Assembly: GCA_964016885.1 (NCBI GenBank)
Contig: OZ024743.1
Location: 287,122,001 to 287,186,000, forward strand
Direction of reading: 5' to 3'
DNA from: Eledone cirrhosa
Taxonomy: Eukaryota
Length of the DNA stretch: 64,000 nt
Position 1 is the stretch's first letter. Each line of letters starts with the position of its first letter. Both the position numbers and the translations under genes were made by a program. Positions 26,573-40,666 of this stretch are shown in pieces. Under the pieces are notes generated by a model. The model saw nothing but the letters and a program-made list of their open reading frames with translations, was not told where the DNA came from and did no database searches.

Positions 26573-26862
26573 ATTCTAATTTAGGCACAAGGTAAGCAAT
26601 TTATGGTGAAGGGAAAGTCTATATTGACACCAGTACTTCAATGGTACATTATTTTATCAACCTCAGAAGGATGAAAGGCAAAGTTGACCTTGGCAGGATT
26701 TGAACTCAGAACATAGGATCAGAACAAATACTGTTAAGCATTTGTCTAACACTAACAACTCTGCCAATTCATATTAATAATGTTCAGTATTGGTACAACA
26801 AGCTTTGTTTTAAGTACAGCACTTAGATCTGTACAGACTGTTCTTTAAAAATATCAACTCAC

Positions 26863-26949
26863 CTCTTTTATTTGTAACTGTAAAGCAGCTTTTTCAGACA
26901 GGGGATCATTGATAGTTTCAAAATATCCCCTTTCAACAGCAACAAAGGC
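26863..26949 (-). CDS. TAB1: TAB1 coding exon 4 (not in ORF track)
   Basis: Hand translation AFVAVERGYFETINDPLSEKAALQLQIKE vs human AFDVVERSFLESIDDALAEKASLQSQLPE. ttttgaAG acceptor, GTGAGT donor, 87 nt. Confidence 0.93.
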
Positions 26950-28029
26950 CTTCAAAAGAAAACAAAATATATATTATGAAATAACAATTGGGGCTTTAAG
27001 TTCCTCTCTGCCTATGACAGAACTTTCCAAACTTTTTCACACTGTTGATAATTAATGAGTCACAAAAATTTTTAGTTTTAAAAATTAAGTGTTGTTAGCA
27101 AAATGTAGATATCATCATTATTATTTTACATCAATTGTTACCTGTTGGCATGCATTGGATGGATCATTACAGACCAAATCAGTATTTAACTTGAGATATT
27201 ACAATACGTCCTAGTTTTGGCATGGTTTCTATAGCTGGATGCCCTTCCTAATGCCAGTCACTTTATATTGAGGCACCATCACTAAGGAAGCTTGTCATGT
27301 CCTTGATGTGACTGATGAGTCCTCTCAGACCCCTGTCTGGTATGTTCTATAGCTAAATGCCCTTCTTAATGTCAGCCACTTTACAGGCTATACTGTGTAA
27401 TTGTGGCACCAGCGCTAGAGAGGTCATTATGTCCTTGACATGACTGAAGAGGCCTCTTAAACCTTTTCAATAAGACACATGTGCCTGTATACAGAGTAGT
27501 CAGATCTCAAATATACTTCCCGGCCAAATATTCCTGGTACAAATTGATCACATTTGACATAATTTTACAACATACTGTTTTGGTCACAATACAGTGGATG
27601 TTATACTATTTGATACATAAAATGTTCTATTATCAGTGTGGGAACATTTCACAAATATACATACAGAAACACTTTTCACTCTGTAGATGAATTACTAATA
27701 CAAATGGAAATACTTTGCAATTGTTATCCTTCTCCACATCATCATCACCATTTAAAGTCTATTTTCTATGCTTGTATGGGTTAGTCAGTCTGTCATGTTC
27801 TGAAGCTAGACTAGTCATGTGACTATATCTTGCTTATATGTTCATTTTTGCCCTTTCTAGTGCCAACCACTTTACATTGCGTACTGGGAGCATTTTATCG
27901 TAGCACCACCACCTTACAGTCTTCTTAAAGATATATACAACAAACTTCATATAGGTTTCTGTCTACAAATTTCACTCTCAAAGTATTGATCAGGTTGAGA
28001 CTGTAATAGAAGACACTTGTCCTAGGTGC

Positions 28030-29530
28030 CAGTTGTTCTGGATAGGTAATGATCTTGGACTGGGTATTCTGTGAGTGGAAACTTGGGTAGATAAGGTAAT
28101 TAACGTGACTAGAGTGAATGATAGAATCATTAAGCTTAGTCTGGTCCTAGGTAAGATGACTGTGACGATTATCTCTGCATGTGCAATACAATCAGGATTG
28201 ATAGATCAACTGGAAGACTAATTTTATGAGACCCTTATACAAACTACCTCTTTAACAAGCGATGTTGACATAATCACAGCTGGTGATTTCAATGGTCATG
28301 TTGAGCAATGCTGTGAAGGCTTCCATGGTGTCCACAGAGGCTTTGGATTTGGTACACAAAATGAGGAAAGATTAAAGCTTCTGGAGTTTTGTGATGTTAA
28401 TGGTCTGACTATCTGCAACACAAACTTCAGAAAACCAGCTAACCATTTGATGACCAATAAGTCGGGCAAGCACAAAAGCCAGATTGATTTTATCCTTACC
28501 AGAAACCAATACTGACTGAGGATTGTAAACACAAAGACTCTCCCTAGGGAGGAGTGTACAACCCAACATTATTAGTGATAAGTGACTCTACAATTAGAGC
28601 TAGGCAAACTTGGAGACAGAAGGACATGGAGGAAGCCCTCTGTGGATGACAAATTAAGGCATGCCCTAATTTTCACTCATGACTGTAAAGAAAATGAGTT
28701 AGAGACTGGCAGCATAGAAGAACAGTGGAAGTTCCTGCAGGATAACCCTCTGAAGGCTACTGCCAAGGTCTATGGCTGGTGCAAGGATGATGTAGAGTGA
28801 CATAGTGGGGGAATACAAGGGTAGATGAGGCAATTAAAGTTAAGAAACAAGCATGGAAAAACTGGCAAAATGGGGGAAGCAGGGAACAGTATCAAGATGC
28901 TAGAAGAGAAGCAAGGTGACAGGTATACTTAGCTAAGCGGGAAGCAGAAAACAAGAAGTTTGCATATGTTCGGCACTGTGAGGACCACTGACATGAGGTG
29001 TTCAGGATTGCAAAGTAGTGTGTGAAGGAAAATCAAGATGTTGTTGAGGAAAAATGTATCCAAAACAACAGTGGTGGCACACTTGTCCTCACTGATGCTG
29101 AGAAGAAAGAAGCTTGGAAGTGTTATTATGAGAGACTGTTAAATGAGGAGAATGCTCAGGAGAAAGATGGCCTGACTCAAGCAAATTCAACAGAGGGACC
29201 AGACATATCCAAATTAGCAGCAGTAGTAAATAAGGCAATTAAAGATATGAAGAGAGGCAAAGCAGCAGGTCCATCAAGAACAGTAGCCGAGATGCCGAAA
29301 GCATCCAGTTGGGTAGGGCATTCACTAACTACATGCATAGTAAATCAAGTAATACAGGATAGCATCATACCTAATGACTGGCATAGCAGCATCGTTGTCA
29401 ACTGCTACAAGGGCAAAGGAGATGCACTAGGCAGAGGAAATTACAGAGGCAACAAGTTGATGGACCAAATTATGAAAGTTACTGAAAGAGTTATTGCACA
29501 ACTAATTCTGGATAGAGTTAACATGCGGAG
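28030..29530 (+). pseudogene. Old RTE LINE fragment (endonuclease to start of RT)
   Basis: Degenerate homology to copy A/B (GDFNGHV, WKCYYERLLNEEN, VNCYKGKGDAL) with stops and frameshifts. Confidence 0.88.
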
Positions 29531-29775
29531 CTGAAACAGTTCAAAACAAAACAAGCTATCAAAGTATTCTTTCCTAATTGTTTTGCACTGTTTCGGGTCC
29601 ACATTTGAAAAGAAGGTAAATAGCCCTGAAATATCATGCTAAAATACAATGGGTAAAACATTATTTTATTTTGTTTTATTTGTCATCATTTGCCTCTCAT
29701 AATTTTCTACCACACTGTACCGGCTTTTTGAAAATATCTGTCTTTTACTACTATTTGAAATATAATAATACTGAC

Positions 29776-29929
29776 CTGTTGTAATATATATTTGATTTCT
29801 GTATCTGTTTTAGGACCTGATAACTGTCCCAGTAGCAAGTCAGCAGGGATTCGTTGAGCCACAAAATTTGACAACCTACTTCCATCATGACCATCAAATA
29901 CTCCATACAAAGAACAGCCATCTTCAGAG
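29776..29929 (-). CDS. TAB1: TAB1 coding exon 3
   Basis: SEDGCSLYGVFDGHDGSRLSNFVAQRIPADLLLGQL vs human SENNCFLYGVFNGYDGNRVTNFVAQRLSAELLLGQL. AG and GTCAGT boundaries; phases 2/0 are consistent. Confidence 0.95.
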
Positions 29930-32900
29930 CTTAAGAAATTGCAAATAAACACACATAAAAATATGTAACATAAAAATTAACACCAATATCAATTTTAATT
30001 TAAATTCATTTGTAAACTGGATTTTCAAGTATGTGAACTTTTTTGATGCCAACCCAAACAAAACAGGCTCATTTTAAAGAGTTCTTAGTTCAATTAAAAT
30101 CATCCCTATAAAACAAAATTACCCATTTTAAAGGGTTCTTATTTAGATTAAAATCTTCCAACATAATTTTATATAAGAACCATGTATTAAGTTACTATCT
30201 TGGTAATGAAACAAACATTTTAATACATCTCTCAAAATTCTTCCTTAATTAATTGAAATAAAGTGTATTTCATTAGAAATATGGTCACAAAAGGTAACGT
30301 TTCGGTAATGGTGCTGTGTCCATACCCAACACCCTGAACCTCTATCTTGTATGCAGTCCCCAGCCAAGAGCATCTGCACAAAAACCACAAAGAAAATGAT
30401 AATTATCAATTAAACCTTTTAAATATGAACATACAAACATGACAAAATTCCCAACAATGCCTTTTTGAAGAACTCAGACTAAAACAATGATGTTGAACGA
30501 TCCCCGGTTTATGCAGAAAGTGGTGTAATAACAGTTGTAAACAGAAGTGTGTCTATGAGGTGGGGTTGGTTTCAAAGAATTAAATTCTCAATATTTCAGT
30601 CTCTCTAACTCTAAGGAAACACAGTAGTGAGTTCAAATCCTCCCATAGTATAGATGAGGTGTTGGAGGTGTTGGGTCACTTCCATTTATAACTGAATAGA
30701 GCTAATTACCTAATTCTGACTTCAATGAATTTGAAAATTTCCCATTTTAATGTGAAGACCAGCTAAATGATATGTCTCTATGCATATAGAAGTGGAACAC
30801 CAGAAAAGGATTGAAGGATAATCATCATCACTGTTTTTATGCCTGCTTTCCACATTGGCATGGGTTGGTTGGGTTGTCATGGTTCAAAAACAGACATGCC
30901 AGAGTGACCACATCTCACTCATATGTTCCATATTTGGCATGATTTCTATGGCTGGATGCCTTTCCTAACACCAACTACTTTACAGAGTGTAAAGGATATG
31001 TTTTACTGTGGCACCAGTAGGTAGAAATTCCATGCAGTGTACTCAATGTAAAACAAAGGTACACAAGATGTGAAATGAGATCACAGGCAGGATAACAGAG
31101 AAGGTAGGCCTTGTATGTGGCAGATACACAGGGCTAGTTAGTAGTAAGAGCACCAGATAAATAAACTTTTTCTAATTCATTGTAGGTTTCATAGCTTCTG
31201 TTACCTAGATGACCAAATCTGAAGTAGAGGAGGATACTCAAAGCATAAAATAGTAGCTAAAATAAGAACAAGGTGGAAAGAGTCTAACCTCTGTTGGCAA
31301 AGTAGGGTAGATTGCATGATGCCTGTGTATGTAATGCAATGCAACATAATAGTAAGACATGGGCACTGAATGTAGAGGATATCCGATGGCTAGAAAGGAA
31401 TTAGTTAAGCATGATTCAATATACATGAACAGCAAAGCCCAGATGAGTTGAGAGACAAATTAGATATATGATGAATTAAATTTTGTACACAAGAGATTGT
31501 GTTGATACAGACGTGTATAGTAAACATTGGGTAAAATGCCAGAAATTCCGAGGAAGACCTGGGTGGAGACTGTGAAGGCTAATCCCATTATACTGAACCT
31601 CAGAAAAGAGATGACAAAGGGAAAAAACAAGTGGAGAGATGTTCTACTGGAGAGGACCTGTATAATCTAGACCAGCATGGAAAAGCAGATGTAAACAATA
31701 ATTGTTTCTACTTTAGGCACAATGCCAACAATTTTAGGGAGGGGAAAGTCGATTAAATTGCCCCCATTACATTACTGGTGCTTTATTTTATCGACCCCGT
31801 AAGGATGAAAGGCAAAGTTAACCTCGGCAAGATTTGAACTCAGAACGTAAAAGGCCATAACTATGCAGATGTAAAACATAATAATAATGAGTACAAACAG
31901 ATATAATTACATACTGCAATATACTTTATCCAGCAGTCTGCTGATTCTGCTATCCACCATCATAAAAAAAAAAGAAAAAGATTATGATTTCTAATATTGA
32001 CACAGTTACACTTTCTGTCATGCTTTTGACCTAACAGTTCTGTCTTGCTTTTGACGTAACTCTTTGCAACACAACCACATAATCACCTGCCATTTGAGTG
32101 GTCAGGCATATCAAACAGACTTCATACTCATCAGGAACAGGAAACAGGATAGACAAGTGAGCATAAATGCCAAGTTTTTCCTTGTGAAGAATGAACATCC
32201 TAATATAGATTAGTTATCAGTAACCCATGCTATCGTGGAAAATGGATGTTAAATGATGATGATGATAATAACCTTAGAATAAGAGCTAGATGGACTAAGA
32301 GACAAAAAAAAAAAGTCTGGAGAAGGAAGACATGGATGTTGAAAGTACCTTCAGCTGGCAAGAAATTGAGAAAAATCTTACATGATGCTTACAATAGTAA
32401 CATAGAAGAGATGGTAAACTATAGCATAGAGGAAAACTCATAAGTTCTACAAGACAACCTACTGAAGGTCACAGACCAGACCTGTGACTGAAATGAAGTC
32501 CCAGCAAGATGGAAAGTGACGATGATGAAACGATAGGGTAGACAGTCATAGAAACAAAAAGACAGGTCTGAAGAGACTGGAGGAAAAGAGGAACAGTGCA
32601 ATATCAAATAGCTAGAAGTGAAGCAAGGCACCAGGTATACTAAGCAAGGAGACAAGTAGAAAAGAAGTTTGCTCCTTTTCTATGACATGAGGACCAGAGG
32701 CATGAAGTGTTCTAGATTGCAAAATATGTTTAGAGAAAAAAGGTGATTTACACTGAACACAGGACCTTAACTGGTACTTTATTTTATCAACCACAGCAGG
32801 ATGAAAGGTAAAGTTGGTATTGGTAGGATTTGAACACAATGTTCAGAGACAGAATACCACAATATTTTGTCTGATGCTCTAATGTTACTGCCAACCTGAT

Positions 32901-33324
32901 AATAATAATTTCTAATTTAGACACAAAGCTAACAATTTGGTGAGAGGGGAAAAGTCAATTATATTTACTTGATTGGTACTTTATTTTATTGACTCTGAAA
33001 GGATGAAAAGTGATGTTGACCTCAGTGGGACTTGAACTCACAACATAAAGAACTAGCACAGTTACTGCCAGGTATTCTCTCTGGTACTCTAACGATTCTG
33101 CCAATCCACTACTTATAATAATAATAGTTTCTGATTTAGGCACAAGGCCAAGAATTTTGGGGAAAGGGAAAGTTGATTAAATCATTCCCAGTGTATTACC
33201 AGTATTTTATTGACTAACTTCAGCAAGATGAACTCAGAACATAAAGGGCTGTAACTATATGTTACAAAGCATGTTGTGCAATGCTCTACCAATACTGACA
33301 AACTACTGCCCATAATAATAACAA

Positions 33325-34245
33325 TCATCATCGTTTAATGTTGATTTTTCTATGCCAACATGGGTTAGACGAGTTGTCCTGTTGTGAGACAAGTCAGATC
33401 AAATGATCGTGCCTTGGTCAGACAGAACTTTCTGGCTTCGTTTCTATGGTTGGATGCCCTTCCTAACACCAATCAGATTTACAGTGTGGACTGGATACTT
33501 TTTATCCTGGCACCAAAACGACTAGTTCAGTGTAGACTACATGCTACCAACACAACCACTTTATAGAGTGGACTGGGCGCTTTTTGTCGTGTCACCTACT
33601 CAACCACTTTACAGAGTGGACAGATTTTTGTCATGTCACCTATACTCGACCACTTTACAGAGTGGACAGAGATTTTTGTTATGTCACCTACTCGACCACT
33701 TTACAGAGTGGACAGAGATTTTTGTTGTGTCACCTACTCGACCACTTTACAGAGTGGACAGAGATTTTTGTTGTGTCACCTACTCGACCACTTTACACTG
33801 CGGACTGGACCCTTTTGTCATGGTACCAAAATGACCCCTTTACAGTGTGGATAGGGCACTTTTTGTTGTCACCTACTCAACCATTATACAGAGTGGACTG
33901 GTCATTTTTTGTCATGGCACTTTACAGTGTGGACTTGCCATTTTTTATCGTGGCACTAAAACAACCACTTTACCATGTTGACTGGGTACTTTTTGTCACG
34001 TCACCATCACGACCACTTTACAGTGTGGACTGGGCACTTTTTGTCATGTCACCAACACAACCTCTCTACGGTGAACATGGTGCTCTTTTGTCATGTCATC
34101 AGCTCACCCCCTCCACAAGGCTGACCGAGCACCTGTCATGCCACCAATCTGACCACTTTACCGGGTGGATTGGGAGCTTATTTGTCATGTCACCAGCCTG
34201 AACACCTTGCAGAGAGGGCTAGGTGCTGTTTTGTCATTGTCACCC
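33325..34245 (-). repeat. RTE 3'UTR remnant with expanded 46-bp minisatellite
   Basis: CACCTACTCGACCACTTTACAGAGTGGACAGAGATTTTTGTTGTGT at 46-bp period (33731, 33777), plus many degenerate units. Confidence 0.88.
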
Positions 34246-34254
34246 TACAGGGAG

Positions 34255-34730
34255 GAATGATAATGTTAATCAAAAAGGGACTAGAAAAATTCACCCCAAA
34301 AATCACAAGAAATATCACTCTGCAAGAATTCCAAAAAAAACCGACCCTCCTAGGAACAGCACCTATAGTATGGAGGGTGCTGTTCTCAAAGTAACAACAT
34401 CTGCTTTGTATAATCTCAGGACCATGGTTTGGACTTGGTGATACAATATGAAAATAAGAAACTCTAAGACAATTTCTTTATTGGCCAAAAACATTAAGGA
34501 CAATATAAATAAACAAGGACAGTGATCATATAAACAGGCAACAAAGTAACAATATCTCCAAATATAAAGGTCTAGTGATAGAAATAACTCGAATGTGGAA
34601 AATGAAAACAGAACCAATACCTATAATAATAGGTGCTCTGGGAATGATAAAAAAACACAGACAAATACATAACCAAAACCCCAGGACTTACAAATATATA
34701 CATCATACAAATGAAAGCACTACTAGGCAC
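34255..34730 (+). pseudogene. R4/Dong-like (restriction-like endonuclease) LINE 3' fragments; continues at 36895-37050
   Basis: IEITRMWKMKTEPIPIIIGALGMIKK and LLGT/AYI.RKVL are typical C-terminal motifs of RLE non-LTR elements; the element ends in (TAA)n. Confidence 0.7.
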
Positions 34731-34731
34731 T

Positions 34732-36894
34732 CATCATCATCATCATCATCGTTTAACGTCCGTGTTCCATGCTTGCATGGGTTTGGACGGAGGGTTTTCC
34801 CACTTGAGGCAAGAGTGGTTATCTTGCTTGCATAGGACTATCTGGCGGGTTTTCTACAGCTGGATGCCCTTCCTAACACCAACCACATTTACAGTGTGGG
34901 GCTGGGAGGTTTTTACCGTGTTGCCTACACAGCCACATTACAGTGTGAACTGTGTGTTTTTTTGACGTGACACCTACACGATCTCATTTGTTTCGGCCTG
35001 GATGTTGTGGCACCAACATAACTTTACATTGAAAGGGGCGGTGTGGATGGGGTGGGGGTGGTGGGACGGGGGTGTATTTTGTTAGAGATGCCTACTGACT
35101 GTAGTAGGTTTTACTTTGTATTTAGGTAAGGCGGGTCTTCTCTATTACTGAGTACCGCCAAAGGTCTCGGTCCAGTGACATTGTCTTGGTGAGGTGTAAG
35201 TGTGTGAGGTCGGAATTTATCAGCTCGTCCCAGGTTTTTCTGGGTCTGCCTATTCCGTGGCTACCGTCTATCTTTATTGCCCTGCACTTTGTTATACAGC
35301 TATCGTCCTTCATGCGCATCACGTGACCATACCAACGTAGCCTTCTCTCGAGTAAACAACATCTGATCCCTCTTATTTCTAATTTTTTCCTTAGTTCGTT
35401 TATGCTTTGCCGTTCACGTATATTACTATTACACATCCAGCGGAGCATGCAAGCTTCGTTTCTCTCTAGTCTGCATATATCCTCTGCACACAATGCCCAG
35501 GTCTCACTGCCGTGCAACATTGCTGTTCGTATGCAGGCATCGTACAACCTGCCTTTCATTTTTAGGGAGAACCCTTTAGCGGCTAATAGTGGTATAAGCT
35601 CTTTGAACTTTTTCCACCCAGTTCTGACTCTAGCACCCTCCCCCACTGCTGATTTTGTCACCCAGGTAACGGAAGCTGTCCACTATTTTTATAGAACCCT
35701 CTGCGCAGTTGAAAGAGCTAGTATTTTGTGGGCACTTGCTGCTACTTATTGCCCCAGAACACCGGCCACATGTAAAATCTATGTTCTTAGTTAGCTTACC
35801 TGTGATCCCACTACATCTTTTATGCACCCAAACTTTGCATTTGGGACACAAAATGGAGTTTCTACCTACGCCTTTCCTACACACTCAGCATGGCCACTTC
35901 CCGGAGGGGACCGCCGCCTTATTTTCTTTCTTACAAACTAGAACTTTAGTCTTAGCCAGGTTAATTTTAAGGCCTTTTGATTCTAGGCCGTGCTTCCATG
36001 TTTGGAATTTCTTCTCTAGCTCGGCCATTGTTTCAGCTACGAGCGTTAGATCATCTGCGTATAGGAGTTCCCATGGGCAGCCGGTCTTGAACTCCACTGT
36101 TATAGCCTGGAGGGCAATAATAAATAGTAGGGGGCTAAGAACAGAGCCCTGATGAACACCAACTTTTACACTAAACTCTTCACTATATTCGTTGTTAATT
36201 CTAACCTTGCTGACTGTTTCTTTATATATGGCTTGTATAGCTCTCACAAGCCATTCATCAACACCTAGTTTTCTAAGAGCCCACCAGATAATGGAACGGG
36301 GGACTCTGTCAAAGGCTTTCTCCAAGTCGACGAAAATTAAGTATAGGGGTTTACTTTTAGCTAGGTACTTCTCCTGTAGTTGTCGTACAATGAAAAGAGC
36401 GTCTGTGGTACTTTTTCCTGACACAAACCCGAACTGCATTTCATCTAGATCAATTCGCTCTCTGATTAGTTGTGCTATTACTTTTTCCGTGACCTTCATG
36501 ACCTGGTCGATTAATTTAATGCCTCTATAGTTACTCCTATCTAGGGCATCTCCTTTACCCTTATAACAGTTAACGATGATGCTGCTACGCCAGTCCTTCG
36601 GAACAGCCCCATTCTGTATGACTTGGTTGACTATCCGGGTGACCATGGTGTGTCCCACCGTACCAGATGCCTTCAGCATCTCGGCAACTATTTCCGAAGG
36701 CCCAGCCGCCTTACCCATCTTCATATCTTTGATTGCCTTACTTATACTACCCTCGACTAACACTGCTGGTCCCTCTATTGGGTCGATGTGGGGGAGACTG
36801 TCTTTCTCCCATTTATTCTCCTCATTTAGTAGCCTTTCATAGTGACACTTCCAAGCTACCTTCTTATCAGCGTCGGTGATGGCAAGTACGCTGT
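34732..36894 (-). mobile_element. RTE LINE copy C, 5'-truncated and disrupted
   Basis: RT split across three ORFs by a stop at 35885 and a deletion near 35631; full 3'UTR and tail; CACT duplicated at both ends. Confidence 0.96.
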
Positions 36895-37056
36895 CACTGC
36901 ATACATATAACGAAAAGTACTAAAAATACAATAGAAACAACATCAGCAAAAACAACACTGTTCATACCCAAGGTGCAGAGAGCTGTGCTCATAAAGCAGT
37001 AATGATGCGCAATAAAAATAATAATGGAAATAATAATAATAATAATAATACATTAC

Positions 37057-37184
37057 CAGAGATAGAAACTCCTGTCTTCAAATTCATGTTGTTCTACATT
37101 GTGAACATCTCGATAGAGTGCATTGGTAGCTGTACCTAGGCTGGTCTGCTCACACTTCATTAAATCATCAGTCCAACGGTTACC
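37057..37184 (-). CDS. TAB1: TAB1 coding exon 2
   Basis: tttcAG|GNRWTDDLMKC...HEFEDRSFYL|GTAATG. WTDDL..C and H..ED match the N-terminus of human TAB1 (SWTDDLPLC...HPPED). Confidence 0.92.
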
Positions 37185-38129
37185 CTGAAAAATGTATACA
37201 CAGACATATATACAATACTGTTTAATATACATACAATTAAGCATTTTAAACCTAGTGTAGCCCATCCCTCTCCAGGTAATGTATAGACTAGTTAGTAGTG
37301 ATATTAGAATAAGATTTAGACAGACTGGAGAACACAGGCAATCTGGAGAATGAAGGTGTGGAAACTAAACAGTCCCTATGTTAAATATAAGTTCAGAGAT
37401 ATCACAGATGAGTTGAAAGTAAAACTGAATATAAGAGGAATGAGATGTAGTGTGTAAAAGGGAAGACTGTGCTAATACAGATACACAATGCTTATGGCCA
37501 ACAGCCATTAGCTGAAGTGCTAGGAGTTATAAGTGGAAGGAAGATGCAGTGAGGAGTATGTGTTAGACAAGGCCAAATGTGGTGAGAACGGATCTCAGAA
37601 TGCTAAACCACACGAAGGACATGACAAAGGAAAGAAACAAGTGGAAAGAACTTATTTATAACTTATGCAAGCATGTAAAAATGGAAAATTGATTTATATT
37701 CTTTTATTCTATTTTTATTTTTATTAATTTCAGTCATTAGACTGCAGCCATGATGGGGGCACCACATTAAAGTGATCAGATCAACCCCAGTACTTACTTT
37801 TTCAAGCTTGGTACTTATTTCATCAATTTCATTTTGTTGAACTGTTAGGTTATGAGAGACAGACGCAAATGTAAACACAAACATGGTGAGACACATATTT
37901 ATGATAAGCTACTGCAGTTTCCTCCTACCAAATTTCACTCACAAAGCATTGGTCAATCTGAGGTTATAGTAGAAGACAATTGCCCACAGTGGGAGTGAAT
38001 CTGAAATCATATGATTGCAAAGCCATGTTGGCGCCTCTATACAAGCTCTGTTGAAAAAGTAAATGTTATTCCCACTCATCTGGATTATGGTGCTTTTAAA
38101 TAATAATTCAATTAATCTCTCTCTCTCTC

Positions 38130-38480
38130 TATATATATATATATAATATATATTATATATATAATATATTATATAATATATATATAATATATATTATATA
38201 TATAATATATTATATAATATATATATATATATAATATATATTATATATATAATATATTATATAATATATATATATATATAATATATATTATATATATAAT
38301 ATATTATATAATATATATATATATAATATATATTATATATATAATATATATAATATATATAATATATTATATATATATAATATATATTATATATATAATT
38401 TATTATATATATATAATATATATTATATATATAATTTATTATATAATATATATAATATATTATATAATATATATATTATA

Positions 38481-38531
<51 letters not shown>

Positions 38532-38652
38532 ATATTATATATATTATATATATATATATTATATATATAATTTATTATATATATATAATATATATTATAT
38601 ATATAATTTATTATATAATATATATAATATATTATATAATATATATATTATA

Positions 38653-38695
<43 letters not shown>

Positions 38696-38777
38696 ATATT
38701 ATATATATTATATATATATATATATATATTATATATATTATATATATTATATATATATATTATATATATTATATATA

Positions 38778-38830
<53 letters not shown>

Positions 38831-38947
38831 TATATATATATTATATATATTATATATATATATTATATATATATATATTATATATATATTATATATATTA
38901 TATATATATATTATATATATATATATTATATATATATTATATATATA
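38130..38947. repeat. ~820-bp pure A/T compound microsatellite
   Basis: No G or C seen; (TA)n punctuated by AA and TT. Confidence 0.97.
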
Positions 38948-39062
38948 GAGTTCAAATCCCGCCGAGGTTAACTTTGCCTTTCATCCTTACGGGGTCGATA
39001 AAATGAAGTACCAGTAATACACTGGGTAATTGCTGGCCTTGTGCCTAACGTAGAAACAATTA
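38948..39062 (+). mobile_element. 5'-truncated SINE
   Basis: Starts at the B box GAGTTCAAATCC and matches the 9744 family. Confidence 0.88.
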
Positions 39063-40666
39063 TATATATATATATTATATATATATTATATATACACACA
39101 CACACTCACACATACATACATACAATGAAGTCAACAGGTTAGAATTTACTCCATTTATTCATTATACAATCATTGATATATATATATAGATGATAACTTA
39201 TGCAAAAGTTATGACCTCATCAGACAGCTATTAGTTGACCAGAAAAAAAACAGAAAAATATGAAGAAATCAAAATTACTCCTGCTGTTTCAATTCATTGA
39301 TATGTCCCGGACTGATCATTGGTTTTGCTGTCTCAAAGCATCGGTGACATATGATTGAGAATAAACAGCCTTACATCATCAACACAGAGGGTATACAAGG
39401 CCCCTAGCTATTGGCCAGAGATAATTCCACCACCATATCATCCAGCCATTGTGAATTTCCTAGTGGTGCCATGGTATGAGATTGGCCATCCACTTGTACA
39501 GAAACCAGGTCATTTACAGATGCTTTAGCAGTAGAGGTTAACCTTAGAAATCTGTTGTTGTGGCAGATGGATTTGTCTAAGCAACAACAATAATAATCCA
39601 GGCTGAATCAACAATACCTCAGTTATATAGGAGGGGATAATGGTACATGTGAGAATTAGTGTTGACATATAGGAATGATAAAATGGAATAAAATAAAATT
39701 AAGTAAAACTAAGATTGAAGATAGATGCCCATTGAATAAATAAAGAATAGATCACAAGCGAAAAGTGAGAGTAAAACAGAAGTAGAAACAAAGGACAGAA
39801 AAAAAACCCATAAGAAGAACAAAAAGGTGTGCTAATAGTACCAAGTTAAGACTATGCCAATGCCTAATATGTATCACAAAATTGATGTTTGTACAGAGAT
39901 ATAGAATATGCTAAGAAACGTATAAGATTTGTACAGGTGGGAAGTAGAAGGGTATTCCTAGTATTATTAGCTAAAGAAAAAATGTTGTGCTCTGAGTTAA
40001 TATAAGTGTTAATACACAAAGATGTTTGCCAGTCAAAGATTCCAGCGCGATCCAGAAGTGTGGATTTGATTCCTGAGGAGGGGTGGGGGGAAATCCAACT
40101 AGCCCTCACAGTAGGTCAAACAGCACTGCCGGATTGAGTCTCACATTGCACATCCAGGATAAGTGGTTGGAATGTCTGAGGTAATGCATGCAGTGAAGCA
40201 AGGTATGAATCTCACCAAGAGGTTAAGGTAGTTCAAATATATATATATATATATATGTGGGTATATAAATGTATGTGTATATATATATATATATATGTGT
40301 ATATGTATCTCTATTAATGTGTGTATATATGTATATGTATATACCTTTTTCTTTGTATGTCTGAGTTGTGTGAGAGTGTAGTGGTGTTTGTATGTATATA
40401 CGCATATATGGATGCGTATGTATTTGTATATATGCGTATATGTAAGTGCGTATGTGTGTATGAATATATATCTATGTCTATGTATGAGTATGTATGTGTG
40501 TGTATGTATGTGTGTGTGTATGTATGTATGTGTGTATGTGTGTATATATATATATATATATGTGTGTATATGTATGTATGTATGTGTATGTATGTACATA
40601 TATGTGTATGTATATGTGTATATATATATATGTATATATATAGGCATAAATATATGTATATATATA

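Noticed and set aside
33540-33830. CRISPR-like regular repeat
   Set aside because: Contiguous 46-bp tandem units with no unique spacers, no cas genes and a eukaryotic context.
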